Positions 47,604 to 56,750 are shown, numbered from the stretch's first letter. The stretch is 64,000 nucleotides of DNA from Candidatus Falkowbacteria bacterium (GCA_026396875.1 JAPLVY010000004.1:83163-147162); one strand, 5' to 3'. Notes: generated by a model not told the origin, from the letters alone. Program-made: numbers and translations.

Positions 47604-47713
47604 GTCACGATCACTAAGCTTTTCGCCTTCGCCTTGCTCCGCGAAAAGCAAGCGTCCCGACCCGGCCTCACGACGCGAGCCAAGGCTCGCATGTCGTTCC
47701 GGCTTTCGAGTCC
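47597..47713 (-). ncRNA. unclassified GC-rich structured element between the tRNA-Lys terminator and the duplicated tRNA 3' end
   Basis: Closing stem ggactcg (47597-47603) / cgagtcc (47707-47713). Inner hairpins gcttttcgc/gcgaaaagc and acgac-gcgagc-caag-gctcgc-at-gtcgt. Bracketed by minus-strand terminators. Confidence 0.3.
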
Positions 47714-47732
47714 TTGGATTGTGAACACAAAT

Positions 47733-47758
47733 AAAAAAACCGGTGTAGACCGGTTTTT
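47733..47758 (-). terminator. rho-independent terminator after tRNA-Lys (minus strand)
   Basis: accggt-gtag-accggt with A7 on plus (T7 on minus). Confidence 0.7.
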
Positions 47759-47765
47759 CTATTTG

Positions 47766-47838
47766 TGCGCCCAGCAGGACTCGAACCTGCGACCTTATCC
47801 TTAAAAGGGATCTGCTCTACCAACTGAGCTATGAGCGC
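47766..47838 (-). tRNA. tRNA-Lys (anticodon UUU), CCA not encoded
   Basis: Hand-folded: gcgctca/tgggcgc acceptor (one G-U), gctc-agttggta-gagc D arm, gatcc-ctTTTaa-ggata anticodon arm, gcagg-ttcgagt-cctgc T arm. 73 nt. Confidence 0.9.
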
Positions 47839-47886
47839 CTGATTTTTTGTTCAAAAACAATTTGATAATATCAAACTAATTACACT

Positions 47887-47915
47887 TTGACAAGGGGGCG
47901 TTGGACTTTTATACT
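47887..47915 (+). promoter_or_regulatory. candidate promoter placing the TSS at or next to the mtaB ATG (possibly leaderless)
   Basis: TTGACA, 17 nt spacer, TATACT. The ATG at 47923 is 7 nt after the -10, and no SD is present. Confidence 0.45.
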
Positions 47916-47922
47916 ATTATTC

Positions 47923-49194
47923 ATGAATTATAAATTTTTTATTCAGTCTCTGGGCTGTAAGGTTAACCAGTATGACGGGGCTGCTTTGGCAGCAAGTCTG
48001 GAATCTCTGGGTTTTTGTCAATCAGAGCTTGATCCGGATTTGGTTGTTATCAACACCTGCACGGTAACCAAAAACGCTATCGCCAAAGATCGTCAATTAT
48101 TGAATAATCTCAAAAGAAAATATCCAGAAGCCAAGTTAGTGGTAATGGGATGTTGGCCGCAAACGAGCAAAGATAATCTCGGGACTTTTGATAATGAGGG
48201 CATCTTCTGGTGGGGGGTAGGGAGGAATGATGAATTTTTGGCCATGGTTAAGGATTGGTTTTCCTTAAAAGACCAAAGTATTGAGAGTCTCGAAAGTGGC
48301 TTGGCTCTGACCAATGATTGGTCTCGCTATTTTTTGAAGGTTGGTGATGGTTGTAATCAATTTTGTGCTTATTGTCTTATTCCTTATGCTCGTGGAAGAA
48401 TTAAAAGTCGACCACTTGATGAATTAGTTTCTGAGGCAAGACGAGCGATGGAAACTGGTTTGTCGGAGATTGTCCTGGCCGGAATTCACCTTGGTCGCTA
48501 TGGACAAGATTTTCAAGATGGAAAAACCTCTTTAAACAATTTGCTACGCGCCCTTCTTGCGCTGCCCGGCTTGGGAAGGATTCGTTTAAGTTCCATCGAG
48601 ATCAATGAAGTTGACGATGAGCTGGTTTCTCTAATGAAAAATAATTCAAAAATTTGTTGTCACCTACATATTTCCCTGCAATCTGGTTGTGATAAAATCC
48701 TCTCGGCCATGCGCCGCCCCTATGATACTGAATATTTCCGGCAAAGAGTCGATTTAATCAGGCGTGAGCTTCCAGATATGGCGATCACCACCGATATCAT
48801 CGTTGGTTTTCCGGGTGAAGAAGAAAAAGATTTTCTTGATACTGTGGAGTTTTCTCGAGAAATTGGTTTTAGTAAAATTCATGTTTTCCCTTTCTCAGCA
48901 CATGAAAAAACACCAGCTTTTTCCATGGAAAATCAAGTGATTACTAAGGAAATAAAAAGCCGAGCCAAAACACTGAGAGACTTATCTTTAAAAATGGAGG
49001 CAAAGTATCGCCAAGAGATTATCGAGAAATATCAAGGTCAATTATTACCTGTGGTCCTAGAAGCAATTATTGGCAACAAAGCTCGTTTAAAGACGGAATT
49101 CTATTTTGATTTTTTATTGCCACTATCTAGCATTGGTTTTGGCGTGGAAACGGCTGAAAAAAATATTGGTAAGTTGCTCACCATCAAAATCTAA
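47923..49194 (+). CDS. mtaB: radical-SAM methylthiotransferase, MtaB-like
   Basis: 'FIQSLGCKVNQYD', radical-SAM 'CNQFCAYC', 'TDIIVGFPGE'. ATG 47923 is preferred over the track start at 47887. Confidence 0.8.
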   Translation: MNYKFFIQSLGCKVNQYDGAALAASLESLGFCQSELDPDLVVINTCTVTKNAIAKDRQLLNNLKRKYPEAKLVVMGCWPQTSKDNLGTFDNEGIFWWGVGRNDEFLAMVKDWFSLKDQSIESLESGLALTNDWSRYFLKVGDGCNQFCAYCLIPYARGRIKSRPLDELVSEARRAMETGLSEIVLAGIHLGRYGQDFQDGKTSLNNLLRALLALPGLGRIRLSSIEINEVDDELVSLMKNNSKICCHLHISLQSGCDKILSAMRRPYDTEYFRQRVDLIRRELPDMAITTDIIVGFPGEEEKDFLDTVEFSREIGFSKIHVFPFSAHEKTPAFSMENQVITKEIKSRAKTLRDLSLKMEAKYRQEIIEKYQGQLLPVVLEAIIGNKARLKTEFYFDFLLPLSSIGFGVETAEKNIGKLLTIKI

Positions 49195-49257
49195 ATTCAT
49201 CAAAGTATCATCCTCTTGTTTGTTTTTTTTCTGATTTTAAGCTAAATTAGAGAGAAC

Positions 49258-50583
49258 ATGACTCAAAAAGAAGCATTAGAAATTATCAAGACTGGAGAAA
49301 ATATTTTTCTGACCGGCCCGGCGGGCTGTGGCAAGACTTTTTTATTAAATACTTATTTAAGATTTCTTCAAGAAAATAAAATTGGTGTCGGCGTTACCGC
49401 TTCTACGGGAATTGCCGCCACTCATCTCGATGGGCGCACGATTCATTCTTGGTGTGGTATTGGTATTGAAGACCGCCTTGATCAGCGCAAGCTTAAAAAA
49501 ATTCTTCACAACCGCCAAACCACCGAAAGAGTTCGTAGTTCCAAGGTCTTAATTATCGACGAAATTTCTATGTTAGATGCTCGTCGCTTTGATTTGGTTG
49601 ATACTGTTTGTCGCGCTATTCGTGGCGATTTGCGTCCATTCGGTGGCTTGCAGGTTGTGTTGTGTGGTGACTTTTTTCAATTACCGCCAGTTCGCCAGCA
49701 AGAAAATAATGACGGTGTTATTTTTGAATCGGAAGCTTGGCAAGAATTAAATTTGAGGATTTGTTACCTGGAAGAACAATTTCGTCAGGAGGACAAGCGC
49801 TTTTCTTCAGTTTTAGCTAGTATCAGAGCCAATCAAAACCTAGAAGATTCGCTAGCTATTTTAGCGGAAAGGTTGGAAGCAGAATTGGATTTTCCATTAT
49901 CGCCAACCAAACTTTTTACTCATAATCAGAAAGTTGATACTCACAATACCTGGGAGCTTGAGAAATTAACCACTCCTTCTCGTTTTTATGAGATGCAGGT
50001 TTCCGGCCCGGCTAATTTGATTAAAAAAATCAAGGACGGCTGTTTGGCGCCAGAAAAACTGGAACTTAAATCTGGAGCGGTGGTGATGTTTGTCCGCAAT
50101 AATTTTGTTCGCGGTTTTGTTAATGGCACTATTGGGGAAATTGTCGCTTTTGATGGCGAGGGCTTCCCAATTGTTAAAACTTTACGCGGTAATCTGATTT
50201 CCGCTCGACCGGAAACTTGGCGTATTGGTGAAGGAGATGAGGTACTTGCTTCATTGTCGCAGGTTCCACTCAGGCTAGCCTGGGCAATAACTGTTCATAA
50301 AAGCCAAGGAATGAGTTTGGATTGTGCCGAGATTGACCTGAGCCGCTCCTTTGAATTTGGTATGGGCTATGTCGCTCTCTCTAGGGTGAGATCTCTTGCC
50401 GGTATTCGTTTGCTGGGTATTAATCAATTAGCTCTTCAAGTTGATCAAAGAGTCATTAGTCTCGATCAAAAATTACGCCAAAAATCAAAAGAAGATTTGT
50501 CTTGGTTTAAGTCCTTAAAACTCAAGGACAAGAAAAAGCTTTTCGAAAAACTTCTTTCGCCGTCTAACGATAGTTTGTTATAA
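49258..50583 (+). CDS. Pif1/RecD-family SF1B DNA helicase
   Basis: Walker A 'GPAGCGKTF', 'LIIDEISML', 'CGDFFQLPPV', 'AITVHKSQGMSL'. Confidence 0.8.
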   Translation: MTQKEALEIIKTGENIFLTGPAGCGKTFLLNTYLRFLQENKIGVGVTASTGIAATHLDGRTIHSWCGIGIEDRLDQRKLKKILHNRQTTERVRSSKVLIIDEISMLDARRFDLVDTVCRAIRGDLRPFGGLQVVLCGDFFQLPPVRQQENNDGVIFESEAWQELNLRICYLEEQFRQEDKRFSSVLASIRANQNLEDSLAILAERLEAELDFPLSPTKLFTHNQKVDTHNTWELEKLTTPSRFYEMQVSGPANLIKKIKDGCLAPEKLELKSGAVVMFVRNNFVRGFVNGTIGEIVAFDGEGFPIVKTLRGNLISARPETWRIGEGDEVLASLSQVPLRLAWAITVHKSQGMSLDCAEIDLSRSFEFGMGYVALSRVRSLAGIRLLGINQLALQVDQRVISLDQKLRQKSKEDLSWFKSLKLKDKKKLFEKLLSPSNDSLL

Positions 50584-50592
50584 TCGATATAT

Positions 50593-51363
50593 ATGTTTAA
50601 TTTGCCTCAGAAAAAACTCAGACGTTTATTGATGTTGGTAGTTTATATTATCCTGTCCTGTCTTTTTGTTTATATATTTAAGCCAGTCTACTTGCTATCA
50701 ATCTTAATCGTTCTATTACCCCCCTCTTTGGCAAATTTTTTCTGGCTTAAAAAATCTCGAGGGAAAATATTGTGGTTTTCTCTTTTGACCACTTTAATAT
50801 TTGCTCCACCAGTGGAGCTGACCGCCAGGCTAGCTAACGCTTGGGATGTCCAGTCAATTTTGCCGCGCATTCTGGGGATTGCGCCGACTGAAAATTTGTT
50901 GTTCGCATTTTTTAACTTTTTCTGGGTTCTTTGCTTTTACGAGTATTTTAGTGATGGCGATACTAGCGCCAAAATATCCCCTCGTTTGCGTTGGTTAGTT
51001 CTGGGCTATTGTTTGTTGGCAGCGACAATCTTCTCCCTCTTTTTTATTAACCAAGAGTTGATGGCCTTAAATTATGCGACCTTGGCAGTAATAATTTTGC
51101 TCGTTCCTGGAATAATTATTTTTAGCCTCAAGCCTCTGCTTCTAAAAAAAATCGGCCTCACAACTATTTTCTTTGCCCTGCTATTTTTTATGTATGAAGT
51201 AGTTTCTATGTTAATCGGCAGTTGGTGGTGGCCGGGGAACTATCTTTTACCAATTAAGATTTTCGGCCTGATTTTCCCGCTGGACGATGTGATCATCTGG
51301 TATTTAATCTCCACGCCAGTACTTATTGGCGGCTATGAGTTTTTTGTTGATGATGGTCATTAG
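50593..51363 (+). CDS. polytopic membrane protein (possibly lycopene-cyclase-domain family)
   Basis: Roughly eight hydrophobic segments. 'APTENLLFAFF' and 'FPLDDVIIWYL' resemble the PxE(E/D) motif. Low certainty. Confidence 0.4.
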   Translation: MFNLPQKKLRRLLMLVVYIILSCLFVYIFKPVYLLSILIVLLPPSLANFFWLKKSRGKILWFSLLTTLIFAPPVELTARLANAWDVQSILPRILGIAPTENLLFAFFNFFWVLCFYEYFSDGDTSAKISPRLRWLVLGYCLLAATIFSLFFINQELMALNYATLAVIILLVPGIIIFSLKPLLLKKIGLTTIFFALLFFMYEVVSMLIGSWWWPGNYLLPIKIFGLIFPLDDVIIWYLISTPVLIGGYEFFVDDGH

Positions 51364-51387
51364 TATCTCTTCAAATTATTGAAAATT

Positions 51388-51421
51388 AAAAAAGACAATC
51401 TTGATGATTGTCTTTTGTTTT
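51388..51421. terminator. bidirectional terminator
   Basis: agacaatc-ttgat-gattgtct flanked by an A-run and a T-run. Confidence 0.75.
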
Positions 51422-51422
51422 T

Positions 51423-52136
51423 TTAGTCTTTGTCAGCCAAGGCTAAGATTTTTTCAGCGAGGATGTTGTTCCATTTTTCAACATTTTCTTTGGTTTCTGG
51501 TCCATCAACAGTGAATCCTTCGCCAATTCTGATTTGGAATTTGCGCCAAAAGCGAGGAATAATCTTGTCGCGAGGCAGAACTTTATCAGTGCCTTTTACG
51601 TAAACCGGCACTATAGTAGCACCGGTTTGGAAGGCCAAACGCACTACTCGTGGTTTTAGTCTTCTTAGCGGGTGACCATTTTTTGAATACAGCATCTCCT
51701 CCGGCCTTCCAGTACTGGTTCTGCCACCTTCGGGATGAATGATGAGCGCCCGGCCTTTTTTTAATAGGCGAACCAGTTCGTCAAAGGCCGCGAGACAACC
51801 CTTGGAGTCTCCCCGCGGGAAGAAAACAAAACGTTCCTTGAAGATAGTCCACCAGATATTATTAAAATTTTTCATATCGGGGGCGCTATAGGGAAACCAC
51901 TTGAAGGGGTTAATGATCATTCGCCAAATGAACAAGTAGCCAAGAGGCACTGGTTCAAACATGGAGGGATGGTTAGCTACTAGGATTAGGCCATTTTTTA
52001 TATTTTTGGGAAGAAATTTCTTGCCAATTATTTTCATTCTTCCGGATACCTGTAAGGTTCCGAAGAAGCCGATTCCCAGGACAATTATGGCTATATAAAG
52101 AAATAGCCAAAAGAACAGAAAATTTAATGCTTCCAT
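51423..52136 (-). CDS. lysophospholipid (1-acyl-sn-glycerol-3-phosphate) acyltransferase-like
   Basis: N-terminal TM, 'VANHPSMFEP' (HX4D-type block with Glu), 'IHPEGGRT'. Confidence 0.7.
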   Translation of the reverse strand: MEALNFLFFWLFLYIAIIVLGIGFFGTLQVSGRMKIIGKKFLPKNIKNGLILVANHPSMFEPVPLGYLFIWRMIINPFKWFPYSAPDMKNFNNIWWTIFKERFVFFPRGDSKGCLAAFDELVRLLKKGRALIIHPEGGRTSTGRPEEMLYSKNGHPLRRLKPRVVRLAFQTGATIVPVYVKGTDKVLPRDKIIPRFWRKFQIRIGEGFTVDGPETKENVEKWNNILAEKILALADKD

Positions 52137-52225
52137 GATTATGGTTTTTGTGATTATTTTAAAGATCGTTTAGATGTGCCAATAAATTAGCAGAAAAATC
52201 AGTTTTTCGCAAGCACTCCTTGTTT

Positions 52226-53398
52226 CTATTGAGATTTATTTTTTGAGACTACCCCCATAATTTTATCGCTCAAAAAATGTGAAAATTTAATTGATTTCCT
52301 ATCTACTAATCGGTAGAAAAGGGAAGAGGTTATAAATATGACAATCATTGATAAGATGAAGGTGACCAAGAAACTGAAATCATAAGGCAGGAAATTTTTC
52401 AGCTGTAAAAATAAATAACTAGAGAATGAGCAGATAATTATCAGATGGATAAGGTACATGGAGAAAGATATTTTTCCCAAAAAATAAAAATATTTATTTT
52501 CTAATACCTTTTGAATTTTCTCCGAAGACAAAAGTGCGAGCATGATCATTAGAGCGCCAATGGTGTGTAGAATTATAAACAATTCCTTGGTTTCAATTAT
52601 TCTTAGGAAGGCGTAGCTTGTTCCGTCAATTGGGATTTGGCTCGGATATGATCCGAGAAATATGCCCAAGATTATTAGTGAGTAAATAATTATTTTTTTA
52701 TTTTTTATTTTTTCTAAGTGATACTTATAATTGGCCTCCAGATCGCTAAGCATGATGCCAAGCAAGAAGGCCCAGTAATAACTTCGAAACAGTATCAAAG
52801 AAAATAAAAGGTAGAGCGGGTAACGTTTTTTCGTTTGACCGAAGAAACCGATAAAACCAAAAACCATCATCGAACCAAAGAATTCATAAGTCATTGTCCA
52901 CAATACAATATTGTAGCTGCTCTGATGTTGGAATAATGAGCCGACGAAGGCTTGTTTTATTATCTTTAGAAAATCAGGAGAACTTGAAAAAAGATTTTCA
53001 AACCACCTTGAACCGCTAATCGGGCCGACCGCCTGGTTGCTAAACCAGTTGAAGCTTGCGAATATGAAAACTAGGAGTAGGGAAGAGAGAACAGGAACAA
53101 GCAGTCTCGGATAACGCTTTATGGCCCCGGAAATGGCTATGTTTGATTTTTTTTCGTGGAAAAATTTTCGACTCAAAACGTAGCCACTAAGAACGAAAAA
53201 TATACAGACAGCAAAATTACCGTTATAGAAAATATTAAAGACTGATCCAGCGATAAAAATTTGGAATGGATTCTTTAAATTTTCTGGTGTTGCTAGGCCG
53301 AAATATAGGGCAGGGTAAAAGGCGGTAAAAAAATGGTTGAACACCACCATCAGTGCCGCTACGCCACGCAGTCCATCGAGATATTTGATCTTTGGCAT
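52226..53398 (-). CDS. acyltransferase-3 family membrane O-acyltransferase
   Basis: 'IKYLDGLRGVAALMVVFNHF' N-terminus and roughly ten TM segments. Confidence 0.75.
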   Translation of the reverse strand: MPKIKYLDGLRGVAALMVVFNHFFTAFYPALYFGLATPENLKNPFQIFIAGSVFNIFYNGNFAVCIFFVLSGYVLSRKFFHEKKSNIAISGAIKRYPRLLVPVLSSLLLVFIFASFNWFSNQAVGPISGSRWFENLFSSSPDFLKIIKQAFVGSLFQHQSSYNIVLWTMTYEFFGSMMVFGFIGFFGQTKKRYPLYLLFSLILFRSYYWAFLLGIMLSDLEANYKYHLEKIKNKKIIIYSLIILGIFLGSYPSQIPIDGTSYAFLRIIETKELFIILHTIGALMIMLALLSSEKIQKVLENKYFYFLGKISFSMYLIHLIIICSFSSYLFLQLKNFLPYDFSFLVTFILSMIVIFITSSLFYRLVDRKSIKFSHFLSDKIMGVVSKNKSQ

Positions 53399-53570
53399 TT
53401 TTAATTTTTCAGTAATTTTCGTTATATTATTTTATTTTACCATCGATATTGACTAAAAGTAAATTAGCATCTTAATATTTATAGCTTGAAGCGATGGTGT
53501 TTATTCAAAATTATTTTATTATGATATAATATATATCAATAGATTTTTGATTTATTTTTTTATTTCCTTT

Positions 53571-54092
53571 GTGTTTAGAAAGAATAATCATCCAGGGTTT
53601 ACGCTAATAGAGTTATTGGTAGTAATCGCTATCGTTGGTTTACTTGCGACAATTTCAATTGTTTCGCTTGGTTCAATGCGCGCAAAAGCTAGGGACGCCA
53701 AGAGGGTTGCGGATATGAGACAGCTAAGAACAGCCCTTGAGATGTATTATCTCGAGAGGGGGGATTATCCATCTCAGCAGATTACTTTGAGCGAGGAGAG
53801 CTCCTCCTACAATGCCCCTTTTTGCTTACAGGCCAGCACTGTTGGTTTTGCATATAAACCTTGCAATACGGCTAGTGGCACAATATTTATGGCAGCCGTT
53901 CCAATGCCGCCCAGCCCTGCAGACGGTTCTTGCAAGGCAATGAATGATTATGGATTTGACGATGGAATTTCCAAGAATTATTACTATTATATTAAGGGCA
54001 CCAATACTTACACCATTCAGTTTTGTCTCGGATCTTCTGTGGGAGGACTAGCCGCCGGTTTTCATACTTCTACTCCGAGCGGTATCCAATAA
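53571..54092 (+). CDS. type IV pilin-like protein (orphan, outside the main pilus locus)
   Basis: Prepilin motif 'HPG/FTLIELLVVIAIVGLLA'. GTG 53571 gives a short basic leader. An extended -10 (tgatataat, 53522-53530) lies upstream. Confidence 0.75.
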   Translation: MFRKNNHPGFTLIELLVVIAIVGLLATISIVSLGSMRAKARDAKRVADMRQLRTALEMYYLERGDYPSQQITLSEESSSYNAPFCLQASTVGFAYKPCNTASGTIFMAAVPMPPSPADGSCKAMNDYGFDDGISKNYYYYIKGTNTYTIQFCLGSSVGGLAAGFHTSTPSGIQ

Positions 54093-54124
54093 CGTTTTCA
54101 CTTATAATTAAATTTTATAAAATT

Positions 54125-54448
54125 ATGGAAAATAAAATTAATCAAAATTTCTTAAAGATTATTTCATTGGCTATGTTAGTTGGAGCGGTTGCTTTTTCTT
54201 TTTCCTCGTCTAATCTGCCCTTTGCTTATTATCAGGTGATGAACTGGTTTGTTTTGGGGGCAGTCTTTTTTCTTGCTTGGAGCAATTTTCGTTCAGGGAG
54301 AATTTGGCTTGCTTGGCTAGCGGTTGTCGTCGGAATTTTCTTTAACCCAATTAATCCCATATATTTAAACGCTCTTTCCTGGCAGATTCTAGACGGTTTG
54401 GCTATTGTTGTTTTTTCTCTATCTTTTTTTATCAACAAGAAGAGATAA
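54125..54448 (+). CDS. small membrane protein (107 aa)
   Basis: Three to four TM segments. ATG 54125 is preferred; the track start at 54023 overlaps the pilin gene. Confidence 0.45.
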   Translation: MENKINQNFLKIISLAMLVGAVAFSFSSSNLPFAYYQVMNWFVLGAVFFLAWSNFRSGRIWLAWLAVVVGIFFNPINPIYLNALSWQILDGLAIVVFSLSFFINKKR

Positions 54449-54477
54449 TTCGGAATTAATTATTCTTTCTTGGTTAA

Positions 54478-54503
54478 CAAAAAACCGCCAGAAGCGGTTT
54501 TTT
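54478..54503. terminator. bidirectional terminator
   Basis: accgc-cagaa-gcggt flanked by an A-run and a T-run, between convergent genes. Confidence 0.75.
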
Positions 54504-54530
54504 GTTATTGTAATCTTTTTTTACAGTTCG

Positions 54531-56117
54531 TTACTCAGCACATAGAGCATAAGGAGTGAGTGTAGCTGTTTGTGAGCCACCACCGTATACAACCACGGCG
54601 GAAGTAATCCAAGTATTGCCATCAGCACCTGGATATGAGGCAGACAATAATACGTTCCTTTTGGATCCATTAGTGTCGATGGTTGCGCCACCGCTAAGAA
54701 GGATTTTATTGCCACAAGAAACGGACGCAGTAATCTCCGTACTTGGCAGAGAAGCATCAGCTACCACTGGTGTTCCGGTAACTCTGGTTACTCCGCTGAT
54801 CATACCTTGGATACCTTGAGGACCTTGTGGTCCAGCGACGCCAGTATCACCCTTATCACCCTTTTCACCTTGGATGCCCTTCTCTCCTTGAGGACCAGTT
54901 GCACCAGTATCACCTTTGTCGCCCTTATCACCCTTTTCGCCTTGGATACCTTGGGCTCCTTGAGGACCGGTGGCTCCAGTGAGACCGGTTAGACCTTGTG
55001 GGCCGGTAGCACCAGTATCTCCCTTGTCACCCTTTTCACCTTGAATACCTTGAGCCCCTTGTGGGCCAGTGGCTCCAGTATCACCTTTTTCGCCAGTAAG
55101 TCCCTGGGGACCGGCAGCTCCGGTGTCGCCTTTTTCACCTTGAATACCCTGAGCACCAGTTGCTCCAGTGAGTCCGGTTGCGCCAGTTTCACCTTTTTCG
55201 CCCTGGACGCCTTGAGCACCTTGAGTGCCAGTAGCGCCAGTGTCACCTTTCTCTCCCTGAGCACCAGTAGCACCAATTGCTCCAGTTAAGCCTGTGTCAC
55301 CCTTTTCGCCCTGAATACCTTGAGGACCAGTAGCACCAGTTAAGCCTGTGTCACCCTTTTCGCCCTGGGCGCCAGTTGCTCCAGTAAGACCAATTGGACC
55401 TTGAGGACCGGTTGCGCCAGTGTCACCTTTTTCTCCTTGGATACCTTGAGGACCAGTTAAACCAATTGGTCCCTGAGCACCAGTAACTCCAGTGTCGCCC
55501 TTCTCTCCTTGAGCACCAGTTGCTCCAGTAAGACCAGTTGCACCAGTATCACCTTTTTCACCTTGAATACCTTGAGCACCAGTGGCACCAGTAGCGCCAG
55601 TGTCACCTTTCTCTCCTTGAGAACCAGTGGCACCGGTTGCTCCGGTAAGACCAGTTGCACCAGTATCACCCTTTTCACCTTGAATACCTTGGGCACCTTG
55701 AGGACCGGTAGCTCCAGTTAAGCCGATTGGACCTTGAGGACCAACAAGACCTTTGTCACCCTTTTCTCCTTTATTTCCTTTTTCGCCTCTAAAACCTCTT
55801 TGGCCTTGAAGACCCATAAATCCTCTATCGCCCTTTTCGCCATCTTCACCTTTCGGACCACGTAGTCCTTGAGGACCGGTAAGTCCTTGTGGGCCAGCAG
55901 CGCCAGTTAGTCCCCGGGGACCGATTGGACCGGCAGGACCTTGAGGACCAGCGGGACCTTGAGGACCGACTGCTCCGATACAAGTACCGTTACAGTTACC
56001 GTTACCATTGTTTGTATTGCCATTAGCGCTAACATAGTTAGCCGTGAGCAAAATGCCGGCGGAAAACAATATCACACCGCTAAAAGCGTAAGCTAATTTG
56101 TTGATATTTTTTTTCAT
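54531..56117 (-). CDS. secreted collagen-like (Gly-X-Y repeat) protein with a ~100-aa C-terminal globular domain
   Basis: Signal peptide '[31 protein letters not shown]'. Roughly 380 aa of uninterrupted G-X-Y ([13 protein letters not shown] units). The non-repeat C-terminus contains two Cys. Confidence 0.85.
   Translation of the reverse strand: MKKNINKLAYAFSGVILFSAGILLTANYVSANGNTNNGNGNCNGTCIGAVGPQGPAGPQGPAGPIGPRGLTGAAGPQGLTGPQGLRGPKGEDGEKGDRGFMGLQGQRGFRGEKGNKGEKGDKGLVGPQGPIGLTGATGPQGAQGIQGEKGDTGATGLTGATGATGSQGEKGDTGATGATGAQGIQGEKGDTGATGLTGATGAQGEKGDTGVTGAQGPIGLTGPQGIQGEKGDTGATGPQGPIGLTGATGAQGEKGDTGLTGATGPQGIQGEKGDTGLTGAIGATGAQGEKGDTGATGTQGAQGVQGEKGETGATGLTGATGAQGIQGEKGDTGAAGPQGLTGEKGDTGATGPQGAQGIQGEKGDKGDTGATGPQGLTGLTGATGPQGAQGIQGEKGDKGDKGDTGATGPQGEKGIQGEKGDKGDTGVAGPQGPQGIQGMISGVTRVTGTPVVADASLPSTEITASVSCGNKILLSGGATIDTNGSKRNVLLSASYPGADGNTWITSAVVVYGGGSQTATLTPYALCAE
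54834..55980 (-). repeat. tandem degenerate 9-nt-phase (Gly-X-Y) coding repeats
   Basis: Repeated ggtgacac/ggagaaaa/ggtgc-type units, visible as recurring 'caccttttt(c)acc(t)tg(g)ata(c)cttg' strings on the plus strand. Confidence 0.8.
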
Positions 56118-56361
56118 ATTTTTTTAAGAGTTTTTATTTTAAAAATAATTAACCGCCACCTCTCGACCTTTAAGGAGTGTTTTTCGGTTTTTTATATTAT
56201 ACAACACATCGCTTCAAAGTTGTAGATATATCACCCAGAGGTTGATCAAATTTTTTATTTTCGTTTTTATTCCTGTTTATTAAACTCAGCAAATACTGTT
56301 ACAATTTTTTTTAAAATGTTATATACTAGTAAAGTATTGTCAGAGTAATTATTTTTTTGGT

Positions 56362-56739
56362 ATGCCGGCAAAAGTAGTGAAAAAAAGAATTCTTGTAATT
56401 GAAGATGAAAAACCCCTAGCCCGGGCCCTTGAGCTGAAACTTGTTCATGAGGGTTTTGAGGTGCTTGGCGCTGCAAATGGTGAGATTGCCATTTCACTTT
56501 TGACCTCTGATAAATTTTCTCTGGTTATTTGTGATTTGATTATGCCAAAAGTAGACGGCTTTCAGGTTCTGGAATTTATTCGTGATCAAAAAATCAAGAC
56601 ACCAGTAATCATTCTCACCAATCTCAGTCAGTCGGAAGATGAGAAGCGAGTTCGCGCACTTGGTGCTAGCGAATTTTTTGTAAAATCAAACACCTCCATT
56701 CTCAAAATAATTGAACATGTCAAAGAGAAAGTCAGTTAA
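56362..56739 (+). CDS. stand-alone receiver-domain response regulator (CheY/PilH-like)
   Basis: 125 aa. 'RILVIEDE', 'LVICDLIMPKVDG', 'ILTNL', 'FFVKS'. Confidence 0.85.
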   Translation: MPAKVVKKRILVIEDEKPLARALELKLVHEGFEVLGAANGEIAISLLTSDKFSLVICDLIMPKVDGFQVLEFIRDQKIKTPVIILTNLSQSEDEKRVRALGASEFFVKSNTSILKIIEHVKEKVS

Positions 56740-56750
56740 ATATTTTTTAT

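Noticed and set aside
47568-47804. 78-aa plus-strand ORF spanning the duplicated tRNA-Lys 3' end, the GC-rich insert and part of tRNA-Lys.
   Set aside because: It runs antisense through a tRNA gene and two terminators. The repeated 'LCAQQDS' peptide simply reflects the 22-nt DNA duplication.
54556-55721. Several 60-97 aa ORFs on both strands across the collagen-like gene (for example 54996..55289 + and 55457..55696 -).
   Set aside because: They are alternative-frame readings of the Gly-X-Y repeat DNA. Only the minus-strand 528-aa frame has a signal peptide, a continuous G-X-Y run and a sensible C-terminal domain.
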